DNA of 61,951 nucleotides, the filler included, from Barthelona sp. PAP020 (lineage: Eukaryota): NCBI GenBank assembly GCA_040182905.1. It is 4 parts of 4 records of this genome, joined end to end, with 100 filler letters (N's around TTAATTAATTAA, not from the genome) between each part and the next. Parts side by side here need not be neighbours in the genome. Positions count along the whole stretch, not along the records: positions 31,143 to 46,577 come from JARQWU010000282.1; positions 46,678 to 61,951 come from JARQWU010000283.1; 2 more parts are not named here. One strand, written 5' to 3'. The notes under the pieces are model-generated. The model ran no database searches. It was given only the letters and a program-made list of their open reading frames with translations, and was not told the DNA's origin. Positions 41,853-52,496 of this stretch are shown piece after piece. Position numbers and translations under genes: made by a program. The stretch's first letter is position 1. Every line of letters starts with the position of its first letter.

Positions 41853-43976
41853 TCAAACATTTTCCCCAACAAATTCATAAATATCAGATGGCCCCCAACC
41901 ACTGCATAATAAACGTGTTCCGTCATGACTCAAAGCAATAGTCCAAAGTAATGAAGGGACAGAGACTTTTTGAAGAACCACACCCGAAGCTCGGTCAACA
42001 ACTGCAAACGAGCAATCACCTGAACAGGTATAAATTAATGAACTATCATTAGAAAAAACAATACCCCAGATCCAATTGTTATGTACTTTATATTCTCCCA
42101 AAAGTTCTCTAGTTTCAACAAAAAAAACCCGAATTACACCTTTGTTATCTCCAGTGACCCAAAAAACTCCATCTGGCGAAAAATTTCCTGATTTTACAAG
42201 TTCATCATCATGATCCCATGTGTGAACTTTTGAAAAATCGTCCATTCTAAACAATTTTGAATACCCATCATCACTTACAGATGCAAAGTATCGCATATGT
42301 GGACTGATTCGTACACATTTCACGTATTTCGAATGAGGTCTTGATTCATGCAACTTATTTCCATCTATGTCATATACAGCGATATAACCTTCATCCATAC
42401 CAACTGAAAACAATTTGCTATCTGAAGAAAACCATATTTGCTTTACATTTTCAACAAAATCATCAATCACACAACGGTCTGTCCAATCAGAAACACATAT
42501 TAGAGAAACGGTTGGTCCATAACCACCTATAGCTAAAATTTCAGAATTGGGACTAAAATTGAGACCAACAATTCTGGAATGCTGTTTTTCATGAATAATT
42601 TGATGAGATTTAGTGCAATAAACCCTGACAAGCCCAGTGTTGTTTCCTCCAACGGCAAAATACTTCCCATCTGAACTGTAATCCACTGCCCAAACATCTT
42701 CATCAGGAAAATCCTCCCTAAAAACTGGAGCTTCTTCAAATCTCCTGACAACTATTGAATCACTTTTTTTAGGTACACCAGCTATAGGCAACAATTTTGA
42801 TTCTTTTATGTCAGATTCAGTCTTTACAGTGGTGTTTAACTTATTAAATAGTACATTTATTTGGTTTGACAAATGTTTATTGTGATTTTGTAAATATTCC
42901 CTTTCTTTAACAAGCATGTCACACCTATTTTCAACGCTGATTAGTTTTTGAGATAATTCTTCAATTCTTTGTTGATACTTCAATTCCTTAAACGACCAAT
43001 TCATCTTATCATCATTCAATGCGGTCACGAGTTTTGTCAATCGCCTTTCATCGAACCCCATTCCACTAAATCGTCCAATCATTGCTTTTATATAGTCTGT
43101 AACTACATCGAACCTCGGTCTACAGTTTTGATCAATAGACAAACACATTTTTATGATGCCAAAACAGGGGATGGTCTCAATTAGATCTTTTGAATATGGA
43201 AGTTTGTTAACACACAGATTTGTAACAACTTGAAACTCATTAAAACCTTCAAATGGAGGTATTTCAGTAATTAAATAGACCAGCATTACACCGAACGACC
43301 ATACATCTGCAGCCATCCCGTTAATATCATCGCTTGCGCGTGCAAGCTCAGGAGATACATATCTCGCAGCTCCTATCATAGAATTGGCTGAAGATCTACT
43401 TGAATCCCTAACAAGCCCAAAATCAGCTATAGCTGGTGTATATGTCATGTCTTTTGAAGCTCTTAAAAGAATGTTACTTGGCTTTAAATCTCTATGCATA
43501 ATACCGTTTTTATGGCAAAAATCTAACCCAGAAGCAATTTGCATCATTATGGTCAATTTTTCTTTAAGAGATAGTTCAGAAATCATGTCTTCTAAAACAT
43601 AATCACAATATTCCATCACAATCCCAACTTTACCATTGATTGTGGTCACACCAAGAACTTTTCGGATAAATGGGTTGTTAAGAACTACAGGTAAACATTC
43701 ATGTATAATTTCTTCGGTAGAAATTGTGTGAATAAAAAACTTAATAACAACCATTTGCCCAAATCGTTCAGCAAGATGCAAAAATCCATAACTACCAACA
43801 GTGAAGTTATACTTGATGATTGAAAGTTCATTTGATGGAATTTTCAAATTTTCAAGTTTGAGGAGCTGTTTTACAGAATCGAATGCATTCGAGTTGACTT
43901 GAAGATTAACAACAGTTCCTGATTGCAACTTTCCAATAACATTCTCCAAATGAGCATGCTCAGATTGATAAAACAT
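41853..43976 (-). CDS. Ser/Thr kinase - coiled coil - WD40 protein, copy 3 (more divergent)
   Basis: GSYG, VVIK, HRDLKPSN, ADFG, YVSPE; WD40 C-terminus; lacks the basic N-terminal motif of copies 1 and 2. Confidence 0.95.
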   Translation of the reverse strand: MFYQSEHAHLENVIGKLQSGTVVNLQVNSNAFDSVKQLLKLENLKIPSNELSIIKYNFTVGSYGFLHLAERFGQMVVIKFFIHTISTEEIIHECLPVVLNNPFIRKVLGVTTINGKVGIVMEYCDYVLEDMISELSLKEKLTIMMQIASGLDFCHKNGIMHRDLKPSNILLRASKDMTYTPAIADFGLVRDSSRSSANSMIGAARYVSPELARASDDINGMAADVWSFGVMLVYLITEIPPFEGFNEFQVVTNLCVNKLPYSKDLIETIPCFGIIKMCLSIDQNCRPRFDVVTDYIKAMIGRFSGMGFDERRLTKLVTALNDDKMNWSFKELKYQQRIEELSQKLISVENRCDMLVKEREYLQNHNKHLSNQINVLFNKLNTTVKTESDIKESKLLPIAGVPKKSDSIVVRRFEEAPVFREDFPDEDVWAVDYSSDGKYFAVGGNNTGLVRVYCTKSHQIIHEKQHSRIVGLNFSPNSEILAIGGYGPTVSLICVSDWTDRCVIDDFVENVKQIWFSSDSKLFSVGMDEGYIAVYDIDGNKLHESRPHSKYVKCVRISPHMRYFASVSDDGYSKLFRMDDFSKVHTWDHDDELVKSGNFSPDGVFWVTGDNKGVIRVFFVETRELLGEYKVHNNWIWGIVFSNDSSLIYTCSGDCSFAVVDRASGVVLQKVSVPSLLWTIALSHDGTRLLCSGWGPSDIYEFVGENV

Positions 43977-44106
43977 CAATTATTCAAACAAATAAAAGTG
44001 ATTGATTCTACTTTTTCGTCATTGTAAAAAATAAATTTATTCACATTTTTTACACATTTATATGATAATACACAAGGAAATAACTCACGAATAAAAAAAC
44101 CGGCAT

Positions 44107-44880
44107 TTACTCCATTTTTTCTTTATCTTCTTCATTTTGTACAACTTTTTCGGATTTGATTAAAGAATAGGACATTCTTAATACTGTATGAGTAACATTA
44201 AAAACAATAAGCATTCCTCTATAAATATTTTGATAACCTACCAATTTTGGATTTATTGAAACAAAAAAATAGGAAAAAGAGCAGAAAAAAATAACAAAAA
44301 GATCAAAATTGATATTTAGTAAAGTGGACTTATATATAACATGATTATCCTTTTTATTTGAAAACAAATAATAGAGTTTTAGCAAAAGTATCTTCCATTC
44401 ACCACCACCAACACCTCCAATTACTCCTAAGAAAGGTGCTACAATGGGATTACCAACAATTTTAAAAGATTTGGTAATAACACCGCAAATAGTTAAAACG
44501 CAAGATATCTTTGTTACTGCAGCTCTAACAATGGTAATCAATGGAATACAACCAAAGGAAAACAACAAGTCGAAGGGAAATAGAACTACAGTTGAAATTG
44601 AAATTAAACCAAATAAAAGCAATTTATCGCTTGCAACCAAATTAACAGGTTGACCCAACAATAAATCAGCGGTAAATGAACCGCCATATAAACTCAAAAA
44701 ACAAAAAATCCAAAAATGTGGTGATAATAGTTTTTCACGAGTAAATTTAAAATGATCATTTTCTTCACAGAATTGTTTTAGCATTATTAAAGCACAAAAT
44801 GAATAAACAAAAGTGACAGTAGCTGGATTGAAATTAGCAACAATTTCAAAAAAATCACGTAAATATATTGGAATAATCAT
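44107..44880 (-). CDS. Trimeric intracellular cation channel (TRIC/TMEM38)-like membrane protein
   Basis: ~7 TM; SLYGGSFTADLLLGQP, LFPFDL, GVIGGVGGG. Confidence 0.65.
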   Translation of the reverse strand: MIIPIYLRDFFEIVANFNPATVTFVYSFCALIMLKQFCEENDHFKFTREKLLSPHFWIFCFLSLYGGSFTADLLLGQPVNLVASDKLLLFGLISISTVVLFPFDLLFSFGCIPLITIVRAAVTKISCVLTICGVITKSFKIVGNPIVAPFLGVIGGVGGGEWKILLLKLYYLFSNKKDNHVIYKSTLLNINFDLFVIFFCSFSYFFVSINPKLVGYQNIYRGMLIVFNVTHTVLRMSYSLIKSEKVVQNEEDKEKME

Positions 44881-45181
44881 CAATTTAAAATAAAAATACA
44901 AAGGACAAAAAAAAAAAGTCAAAAATTTTCACTTGAGGTGGAATATTCACCTTTTATAAACAATTCAAAGTAAAAACCCACACAATAGTAATTATTAATT
45001 CTTTTTTTTTTGCAAAAAACATCAATTTGAAAAAAAAAATAAAAGGGAAAAATTTACACCAAAAAAAAAGGAAAAAACAAAAAACCACAGAAACAAATAT
45101 AGCTTTGAAATAGTCGCAGTGTAAAGAACAGATGAACTATCTTACTAAAAAAACATGAACTTGAATGTTTAAAAAAAGTTG

Positions 45182-46348
45182 TCATCTCGATTCCTGATTT
45201 TTCGTCCACATGCGAATTGTTTTATCAGATTGAGCAAAAAGACAACAATTAAATGTGCGATCATATCTAGCACAATTAATGGATTCTTCCCCCTCAATTG
45301 CTTCTTTTTCAATCATCGTGTTTGCCGTTTGATAACTGGCATTTGCCCAATCAATAAATTCAATCACACCATCACTGCCACCAGAAACAATAATTCCTTG
45401 GGGATCAACATCCAAGGTATTGACAAAATTGGTGGTCAATTTAACTCTGTGGAGAACATTGCCCTCCAAATCCCAAAAAACTAGACCATCTTTGGAGCCA
45501 GTCACAAATTCAAAACCATAGGGATGAATAGCTAATCCTTTGGGTGTACCATCATGGGCAATAATAGCCTTCACTTTATCCAAGCGTCGACGATCTGTAA
45601 TGTGTACCGATCTATCAAAAGATGTAGAAATTATTGAATCATGGCATATACCCACCCTGGCAATCGATTGACCATGATTTTCCAGTTTATTTATTGAATG
45701 TTGAGAACGTACATCCCATATTCGAACCGAACAATCACTAGACCCAGAAAATAAAAGACTGTTGACTTCATCATATGCAAGATCAACTATTGAAGACGCA
45801 TGTCCATAATATGTTTGTGTTGGTACCATATTGTCCATATTCCAACACTTTATCATTTTATCATCAGCACCAGAAAACAAAATATTATAATTTTTTGCAA
45901 TTTTCAAAGCTCTAACACCACCAAAATGCCCAACAGCAATTTCTTTAGCTTCATCATCTCCAAATTTCCATACACAAATTGTTGAATCATGTGAAGAACT
46001 GTAGAATTGTTTATTCAAATAATCAACTTCAATGCAATAAACAAGACCTTTGTGACCAAAAAATGTCTTTCTGTATGAATATGTGGGTTTAATTGAATAT
46101 AAATTTAAATATCTTGAAGAAGAAGTAATGGCTTCAGAAATAAAATTGTGTTCATACAAACGATTCAAATTATCATTATTGATACCATCGGATCCAAATT
46201 TTATTGAATTTTTAGCATATGCGGATGATGTGAGAAATGTAGAATGAAAGGAAGGTGTAGAAGAAAGAAATTTTTTTTTTCTCAACTCATAATCAGGAAT
46301 TGATTCGGAATATAATCTTTCGAGTTCTTTATCATTAACATATGTCAT
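45182..46348 (-). CDS. WD40 splicing factor Prp46/PLRG1-like
   Basis: GHKGLVYCIEVD, LFSGADDKMIKCW, YYGH..., IEGEESINCARYD, DKTIRMW; first ATG at 46348. Confidence 0.75.
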   Translation of the reverse strand: MTYVNDKELERLYSESIPDYELRKKKFLSSTPSFHSTFLTSSAYAKNSIKFGSDGINNDNLNRLYEHNFISEAITSSSRYLNLYSIKPTYSYRKTFFGHKGLVYCIEVDYLNKQFYSSSHDSTICVWKFGDDEAKEIAVGHFGGVRALKIAKNYNILFSGADDKMIKCWNMDNMVPTQTYYGHASSIVDLAYDEVNSLLFSGSSDCSVRIWDVRSQHSINKLENHGQSIARVGICHDSIISTSFDRSVHITDRRRLDKVKAIIAHDGTPKGLAIHPYGFEFVTGSKDGLVFWDLEGNVLHRVKLTTNFVNTLDVDPQGIIVSGGSDGVIEFIDWANASYQTANTMIEKEAIEGEESINCARYDRTFNCCLFAQSDKTIRMWTKNQESR

Positions 46349-46449
46349 GATAGTGGATTGGCCTCCATTGAAGGAAAAAAAAATTGAAAATTTTGGAAAT
46401 TTATGAAAAAAAACAATTTTCTCTTCCTTCATACTTTGTGCGATTCGGA

Positions 46450-46577
46450 ATGGTTTATCCAAATTTTATTGAATATAACTAACTTATGTAGTCATTTGTT
46501 CTTCCTGAAAACTTCAAACACGTCCAACGTATTTGTGGTACCTCTCTCGATGGTAAGACCAATACTTTATATGCTCT
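46450..46577 (+). CDS. RPS18: 40S ribosomal protein S18 (uS13), 5' part; exon 1 is ATG only; cut by the contig end
   Basis: M|SFVLPENFKHVQRICGTSLDGKTNTLYAL matches the RPS18 N-terminus; absent from the ORF track. Confidence 0.88.
46453..46491 (+). other. 39-nt spliceosomal intron directly after the start codon
   Basis: GTTTATCC...ACTAACTTATGTAG; contains an in-frame stop. Confidence 0.85.
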
Positions 46578-46677
46578 NNNNNNNNNNNNNNNNNNNNNNN
46601 NNNNNNNNNNNNNNNNNNNNNTTAATTAATTAANNNNNNNNNNNNNNNNNNNNNNNNNNNNNNNNNNNNNNNNNNNN
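46578..46677. other. Artificial contig linker
   Basis: N44-TTAATTAATTAA-N44. Confidence 0.98.
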
Positions 46678-46807
46678 CAGACGAGCGTTCGCATATAAAA
46701 TCCCTCAATTCCCCCACCCCCACGGATGGTTTAATGAAGTCATAAATAAAATAAAAAAATTTAACAACGGAAAAAATTCACAATTCTCTTTACGAAATAA
46801 ATACAAA

Positions 46808-47944
46808 TTATTCTGCTTTATTGACACGATTTCTTTCAATATGGCCTCTATTTTTAGGTCGAAGAATAGCTGTTACCACTCTTGCGGATTGAGCAATGGG
46901 TTTGGCAATTGGATTTCTCACAATCCAAGATAAAGCCCTCATTCTTCTATTCTTTCTTCGATACAAGTCAACAGCTGTATCGTAATTGATAAGGCCCAAC
47001 CCAAAACGCCAACCTAATGAATCAAAAGGATCTTCTTGTTCTTTTATGGTTACGTATTTTCTAACCAAACCATATTTGTGTTTGACTTGAATGTCAGTTG
47101 CTAAAATTCCAAGTTTTCGAGCCGTTGATTCTTGGACACGATCAGCAAACTGTAATTCTGTCTCATCATCTTGAATTTCTGTTTCTTCCAAAACAGACAC
47201 ATCATAGGTTAGATAAGGTTGAGCTAACAACCAAAAGAAGTTATGTGTCACTGGTGTTGTCAAATGATCAAGGTTAATAACTTTCCTAAATGGTGATCTC
47301 AAACGCAAAGCCAATGGCAATACTTTTTGACCCAAAGAAAATGTAAATTTCTGATACTTCATGAGACCAACTCTACCATTAGTTAAACCACCTTCAGGGA
47401 ATAAAACTAATGGTGGATTATTTGAATCTTTAACATAATCTTGTAAAATTTTATGTAAATGACCTTTCTTTTCTTTTTTAGGTTCGGTAAAGATGGGATT
47501 CAAATATTCCAACAACCTTTTTGTCAATATATGTTTTGAATAGAATCTAGGGGCAATGATTGACATTCTAGAACCCAATAGTGCTCTCAACAATAAAGCA
47601 TCGAATTCAGAACAATGATTTGAAACAATAATTCTTGAATCGTGCCCATATAATTGTTCAGGATTAATTAAATTATATTTTATACCTAATAAATTTGAAT
47701 AAGCTTTGAAGAAAATATCTTCCAAACCTAATTTTTTAAAGATATTGAGAAAAATAAATTCTGAAAATAAAATCACTATCAATCTAAAAATTAAAAGTGG
47801 TAAACCAACAAAAATTAAATAAATAAAAAATAATAGATGTCTATAACTCATTGGTCTTCTCATTCTTGCAATGCAAAATAACGTCTCAGGATAAAACTCC
47901 TCTTCAAATTCGGCACTTAATCCAGGTAAATCAGATCGAACCAT
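46808..47944 (-). CDS. Lysophospholipid acyltransferase (LPCAT/AUP1/GPAT-like)
   Basis: IIVSNHCSEFD (HX4D), LVLFPEGGLTNG, N-terminal TM. Confidence 0.88.
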   Translation of the reverse strand: MVRSDLPGLSAEFEEEFYPETLFCIARMRRPMSYRHLLFFIYLIFVGLPLLIFRLIVILFSEFIFLNIFKKLGLEDIFFKAYSNLLGIKYNLINPEQLYGHDSRIIVSNHCSEFDALLLRALLGSRMSIIAPRFYSKHILTKRLLEYLNPIFTEPKKEKKGHLHKILQDYVKDSNNPPLVLFPEGGLTNGRVGLMKYQKFTFSLGQKVLPLALRLRSPFRKVINLDHLTTPVTHNFFWLLAQPYLTYDVSVLEETEIQDDETELQFADRVQESTARKLGILATDIQVKHKYGLVRKYVTIKEQEDPFDSLGWRFGLGLINYDTAVDLYRRKNRRMRALSWIVRNPIAKPIAQSARVVTAILRPKNRGHIERNRVNKAE

Positions 47945-48340
47945 AACAGAGCAAAAAAAAAAACAATCACATCGTATTATGATTGAAATCTTTCTTCTTC
48001 TTCATTCCAGCCTTCAAAAACTTTCAAAATTTAAGATTTATGCTAAGACAAATCGTTGATAATAATTTTAAAACTTATTGAAATCACTTACCAGCCCTTT
48101 TTTATTTTATTTGGTTGTTTAATATGTCTGTTGACTTAATTGTTGAATGAGTGGGAATGATTGTTTCTATTATGTTTTCACAAAAGTGATGCAAATTGCA
48201 TGGTAAAATTAAAACCTTCAGTCTAAATATTTGTCAAGAAAAAATACAATGAACTTTTTACATATACAAAGAAAAATAAAATAAAACAGAACTATCACAT
48301 ACAAAAAAAAAAAAAAATCAAAAAAAGACCAATAAACAAA

Positions 48341-51300
48341 CTATTTTTTGATTTGATTCCTCAAGGGTGTTAAAAAGTGTCTATCTAACTGTCTAGCAAC
48401 AGTAATTGGTTCGTTTGACGTTTTTTCAATTTCTTTTTGTTTTTTGGAAATTGGTGAAGGAGTAGCAGGCAATTGAATAACTTCAGAATTGTTCTTTTTT
48501 TTAAAAATATTGAACATGTTGAAACGGGTGGGATTTTCAAATTTTGATTCAATTTCAGCTTTTATTCTGGAAACATAATTGTGCAATTCACTGTTTTCAA
48601 GCGACAATTCTTCAATTTTCTGATCTTTGTTTTCAACAACAGTTTTAACTTTATCCAGCAAATCTTCAAATTTCTTTTCAGATTTTCTTCTATTAACTTC
48701 TAAATCATGACGCAATTTGTTATTTTGATGATTAGAAGAAACAAGTTCTTGTTTAATTGTTTTCAATTCATCTTCAAGAGCATGCATTTTAGAAAAATCT
48801 TTGGATTTTACTGCTTTTAACTCTTTATCTTCGTTTGCAAGCTGCTTATGTTGATTCTGTAAATTTTCAATCCTTTCAGATGCTTTTTCAATGTTTTTCT
48901 TCAACTCTATGTTGTCTTTCATCAATTCCATTTTTTCCTGTTCAAAATTTTGTATTTTCTCTTCCAAACTTTTAATATCTTTTGTTAGCTGGTTCGTATG
49001 AAAATTTGATTCTGCTTTGGTTTGTTCAAGCACAAGAATTTGCTCTTTTAAGCTAAAGATCTCTTGTTTGTGCTTTTGTGACATATTTTCAGCTTCATTA
49101 CATGATTTTTTCAAAGACAAAAGTTCATCATCAGCTTCAAGAAGTTTGTTTTGTAATTTTGTGTTCTCGTTTCCTCTCAAATCTAATTTTTGGACATAAC
49201 CAACAATGGAAAGTTTGAGTTTATCTTCTTTCTTTTTCATTTCTTCAATTTCATTGTTCAAAAGATCGAAGGATTCATCATTATTGATACTTTTGCTCAA
49301 CATAACATTTAATTCTGTTTGTAGTTTTTCGTTATTCTTTGTTGAATCCTCAAATTGCTTTTGAAGATCTTGTTGTTTCAATTTCAATTCTTCATTCTTT
49401 GTTTTCAGAACATCAAACTCTTGTTTCATTTCTAGATGCTCTTTCAATTGTTCATTGGCTTCAAGCAATTGTTCTTCAAAATTGGAAAACTTCTCCTCAA
49501 CCACACAATTTCTATCAGTCACAGAATCAAGTTCCTGTTGTAAATTTGTCAAAAGCTCGTCCTTTTCATTCAAGAGGGTAATACCATCTTCAATATCTTT
49601 TTGAAATTGTTCAATTCTGCTCTTGTATGAAGCAATTTCAACATTTTTTGTTTCCAACTCTTCACATAATTTTTTCAATTCAACACAAATTTTGTCTTTA
49701 TCTGATTTGTTAATGAGGTTTGAGTGTATATAATCATTCAAAAGTTGAAGTTCATTTGTTAATGCAAGTATTATTTCGTTAATATTTGTCTCTACTGATA
49801 AATTGATCATTTGATTCGACTCATCATTAATTTTATGCATTTTTTGAATATTAAACAATATTTTGAGCAAAGAACTTTTGATCAGTGTACTTTTTTCTTT
49901 TTGTTCTTCAAAAACCATCATTTTTTCTTTCTTCAACTGCAAAATTTCATTATTCAACTTTGAACGCTCGTTTTTGTAAACAAGTTCTGATTGACTGTTA
50001 TTTTCTAGCTTTTTCTTCAAATCGTCAATTTCGTTGGTACTTTGAATAGCGATTTCATTTGCTTTTGCTAATTGCTCATTTAAAAATTCAATCTCACCAA
50101 CAAACTCTTCATTGATTTTTGTTAAGCTGGAAATTTTTTTCAAAAGCTCGTTGTTTAAACGAATTAATTCTTTGTTTTCCTTTTCTCTTTTTTTTTCATT
50201 TTCAACAGTATTGTATTCCTTTTCAAACAATTCATGTTGCATTTCAGAATATTTTACTTCAATTGATTGTAGTTTTTGTTCCAAACTTTTTGAACTTTCA
50301 CAAACATTTGCATATTTTTCATTCAAACTAATGTTTTCCTCTTTACATTTGATAACCTCTTTCTGCATCATGTCAATTTTCTCTTTGGATTCTTTAAAGG
50401 AACATTCAATGTGCTCTTTTTCATCTTTCAATTTTGCTATTTCGAGCTTGGTTGAAGAAAGCTGGTCAAACAATTTCTTCTTTTCTGTTTCCACCTGTTC
50501 CTTTGCGAAATTGATTTTTTCAACCTCTTCTTTCATTTTGTCTTTTGTTTTCTCCACAAAAATTGATAATTCATAATTTTCTTGTGTTAACAATTGTAAT
50601 TTTCCATCAATTTTTCGAAGGCTTTCGGTAAGTTCATCATTTTCTATTTCTGTTTGTTCTTTCATAAACATAAGTTGTTGTATCTCGTCATTTACTGTCA
50701 ATAATTTTTTCTTTAAATCATCATTATGGGCTTCCAGTTCTTTCTTACTGTTAGCAACATCTTCAAATTGATCGAGAATATTTGATAGATCCGTAGCAAG
50801 TTCATTCTTTTCAATTTCCATCGCAACCTGAGTGGTCTCCATTTCAGAGAGTTTTAACATTTGCTGTTGATTCAATTCTAGATAATGTTTTTCCTTCTTT
50901 ATCCAATCCTTTTGAAATTGTTGATATTGGTCAATAGACGAATTTCTATTCCTTAATTGTTCCTGTAATTCAATATTATATGTTTCAAGATCATTGAAGA
51001 GCTCTTCTTCTTCATTTAATCTTTGTTTTAACTCATGATTATCTTTTTCAAGATTTTCAAGATTATTATTTGCATTAGCAATCTGTTGTTTAAGCGATTG
51101 AATGGTTTTTAAAGAATTATTTTGTATTGAGTTGATTTCTGCAAATCTAATCGATAATTGCTGATATTCTTGCTTTACTTCCACCAAATCACCATTCAAT
51201 ATATCGATTGTATCATTTAATTGAGAAATATGCGAATTATTATCAAGTTTGATGATTGAATTATTTTCTATTGCTTCATCCAACCTCTTTTGTAAAAACT

Positions 51301-52309
51301 CACATCTTTCAGTCTTTTTTTTCAATTCTGATTCAAGAAATTCGTTACTGTTGGTTAAGTTTTCGATTTCATCAATATCCTTCTTTAGATTCATCTCCTT
51401 TCTTTCTAAATTTAAAGTCAACTCGTCAATTTTTTCAATAAAACCAGATAAATTCTCTTTCAATACAGTGTTTTCTTCTACAACCAAATCATGGGCTAAA
51501 TCAAAGTCTTTCTTTTCAATAAGAGCATTTTCACAAAATTTTTGAAGAGATTCAATCTCGTAAAGCTTTTTTTCTAACGCATCATCCTTTATATTAATGG
51601 TTTTATTGATCAGCCCTAAATCCGTTTGCAATCTCTTTATATCATCCAATTCACTCCATGAATTTAACAAAGTAACACTCAACTCATGTTTTATATCATC
51701 ATAAGCCTCTAATTGCTCGTTTGCTAGATTATTCAGACGTCTATTTTCTTGAATAAACATATTTTGAAATGATGTCATTTTTTGTGTTAATTCATTGATA
51801 TTTCTTTGTTGTTTTGTCATTGAGGACTTATTCATTACATCTTCCATTGTAATATGTCTTTGTAAACGATGAATTTCAGCATTTAATTCATTTTTTTCTC
51901 CATTCAAATATTTCATTTGATCTTTTTGTTTATTAAACTCTATTTCAAGAATTTCATAATTTTTTTCTATTTCTCGCTTGTCATTAATTATTTGTTGATA
52001 AGATGTGTTCCATTTTAAATAATCCATTTCAAATTGATTTTCTAATTGTTTATATTTTTTAAGTTCATTAAATAATTCAACATTTTGATCAGTAAAGGCA
52101 ATAAGTCGGGATTTTAATTGTTGAACATATGGAATTTCTTCATAAATTTGTTGTTGTACAACAGGCTCTTGATAATATTCAAAATCATCAACATTAGGTG
52201 ATTTTGATCCTAAATCTGGTATCTTTGACAAAGCTAATCGTTTTTCGCTTGTAGGAGAAGCTATAAATTGAAAATTTCTCTCATAAATATCAGGAGTTCT
52301 TGAATTCAT
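48341..52309 (-). CDS. Long coiled-coil protein, family unassigned
   Basis: ~1320 aa of heptad repeats; S/TP sites at both termini. Confidence 0.85.
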   Translation of the reverse strand: MNSRTPDIYERNFQFIASPTSEKRLALSKIPDLGSKSPNVDDFEYYQEPVVQQQIYEEIPYVQQLKSRLIAFTDQNVELFNELKKYKQLENQFEMDYLKWNTSYQQIINDKREIEKNYEILEIEFNKQKDQMKYLNGEKNELNAEIHRLQRHITMEDVMNKSSMTKQQRNINELTQKMTSFQNMFIQENRRLNNLANEQLEAYDDIKHELSVTLLNSWSELDDIKRLQTDLGLINKTINIKDDALEKKLYEIESLQKFCENALIEKKDFDLAHDLVVEENTVLKENLSGFIEKIDELTLNLERKEMNLKKDIDEIENLTNSNEFLESELKKKTERCEFLQKRLDEAIENNSIIKLDNNSHISQLNDTIDILNGDLVEVKQEYQQLSIRFAEINSIQNNSLKTIQSLKQQIANANNNLENLEKDNHELKQRLNEEEELFNDLETYNIELQEQLRNRNSSIDQYQQFQKDWIKKEKHYLELNQQQMLKLSEMETTQVAMEIEKNELATDLSNILDQFEDVANSKKELEAHNDDLKKKLLTVNDEIQQLMFMKEQTEIENDELTESLRKIDGKLQLLTQENYELSIFVEKTKDKMKEEVEKINFAKEQVETEKKKLFDQLSSTKLEIAKLKDEKEHIECSFKESKEKIDMMQKEVIKCKEENISLNEKYANVCESSKSLEQKLQSIEVKYSEMQHELFEKEYNTVENEKKREKENKELIRLNNELLKKISSLTKINEEFVGEIEFLNEQLAKANEIAIQSTNEIDDLKKKLENNSQSELVYKNERSKLNNEILQLKKEKMMVFEEQKEKSTLIKSSLLKILFNIQKMHKINDESNQMINLSVETNINEIILALTNELQLLNDYIHSNLINKSDKDKICVELKKLCEELETKNVEIASYKSRIEQFQKDIEDGITLLNEKDELLTNLQQELDSVTDRNCVVEEKFSNFEEQLLEANEQLKEHLEMKQEFDVLKTKNEELKLKQQDLQKQFEDSTKNNEKLQTELNVMLSKSINNDESFDLLNNEIEEMKKKEDKLKLSIVGYVQKLDLRGNENTKLQNKLLEADDELLSLKKSCNEAENMSQKHKQEIFSLKEQILVLEQTKAESNFHTNQLTKDIKSLEEKIQNFEQEKMELMKDNIELKKNIEKASERIENLQNQHKQLANEDKELKAVKSKDFSKMHALEDELKTIKQELVSSNHQNNKLRHDLEVNRRKSEKKFEDLLDKVKTVVENKDQKIEELSLENSELHNYVSRIKAEIESKFENPTRFNMFNIFKKKNNSEVIQLPATPSPISKKQKEIEKTSNEPITVARQLDRHFLTPLRNQIKK

Positions 52310-52496
52310 CAAAGAAAGGATTAAATAGAAGATAATTTTATAATTCTTTGACTTATTTATTTTAATGAAAAACAGTAATATTATTTTGATTCAATCAAAA
52401 TTACAGAAGTAAAAAATATCAATTTTATAAACAAAATTGATTGATTCAAACAGAAATCTTGGTGTTGGGTTTTTTTTATATTTTGTTTTTTTAAAT

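Noticed and set aside
45126..45147. Minus-strand TAAGATAGTTCATCTGTTCTT resembling U2 snRNA
   Set aside because: Lacks the GTAGTA branch-recognition sequence and stem I; a 10-nt match is plausible by chance in AT-rich DNA.
46678..46746. C-rich stretch (CCCCCACCCCC) at the contig start; possible ncRNA or G-quadruplex
   Set aside because: Truncated by the linker and equally readable as a CDS tail; cannot be supported.
48084..48098. CACTTACCAGCCC resembling the U1 snRNA 5' end or a minus-strand GTAAGT donor
   Set aside because: No U1 stem-loops or U1-70K loop follow, and no RCTAAY branch site supports an intron.
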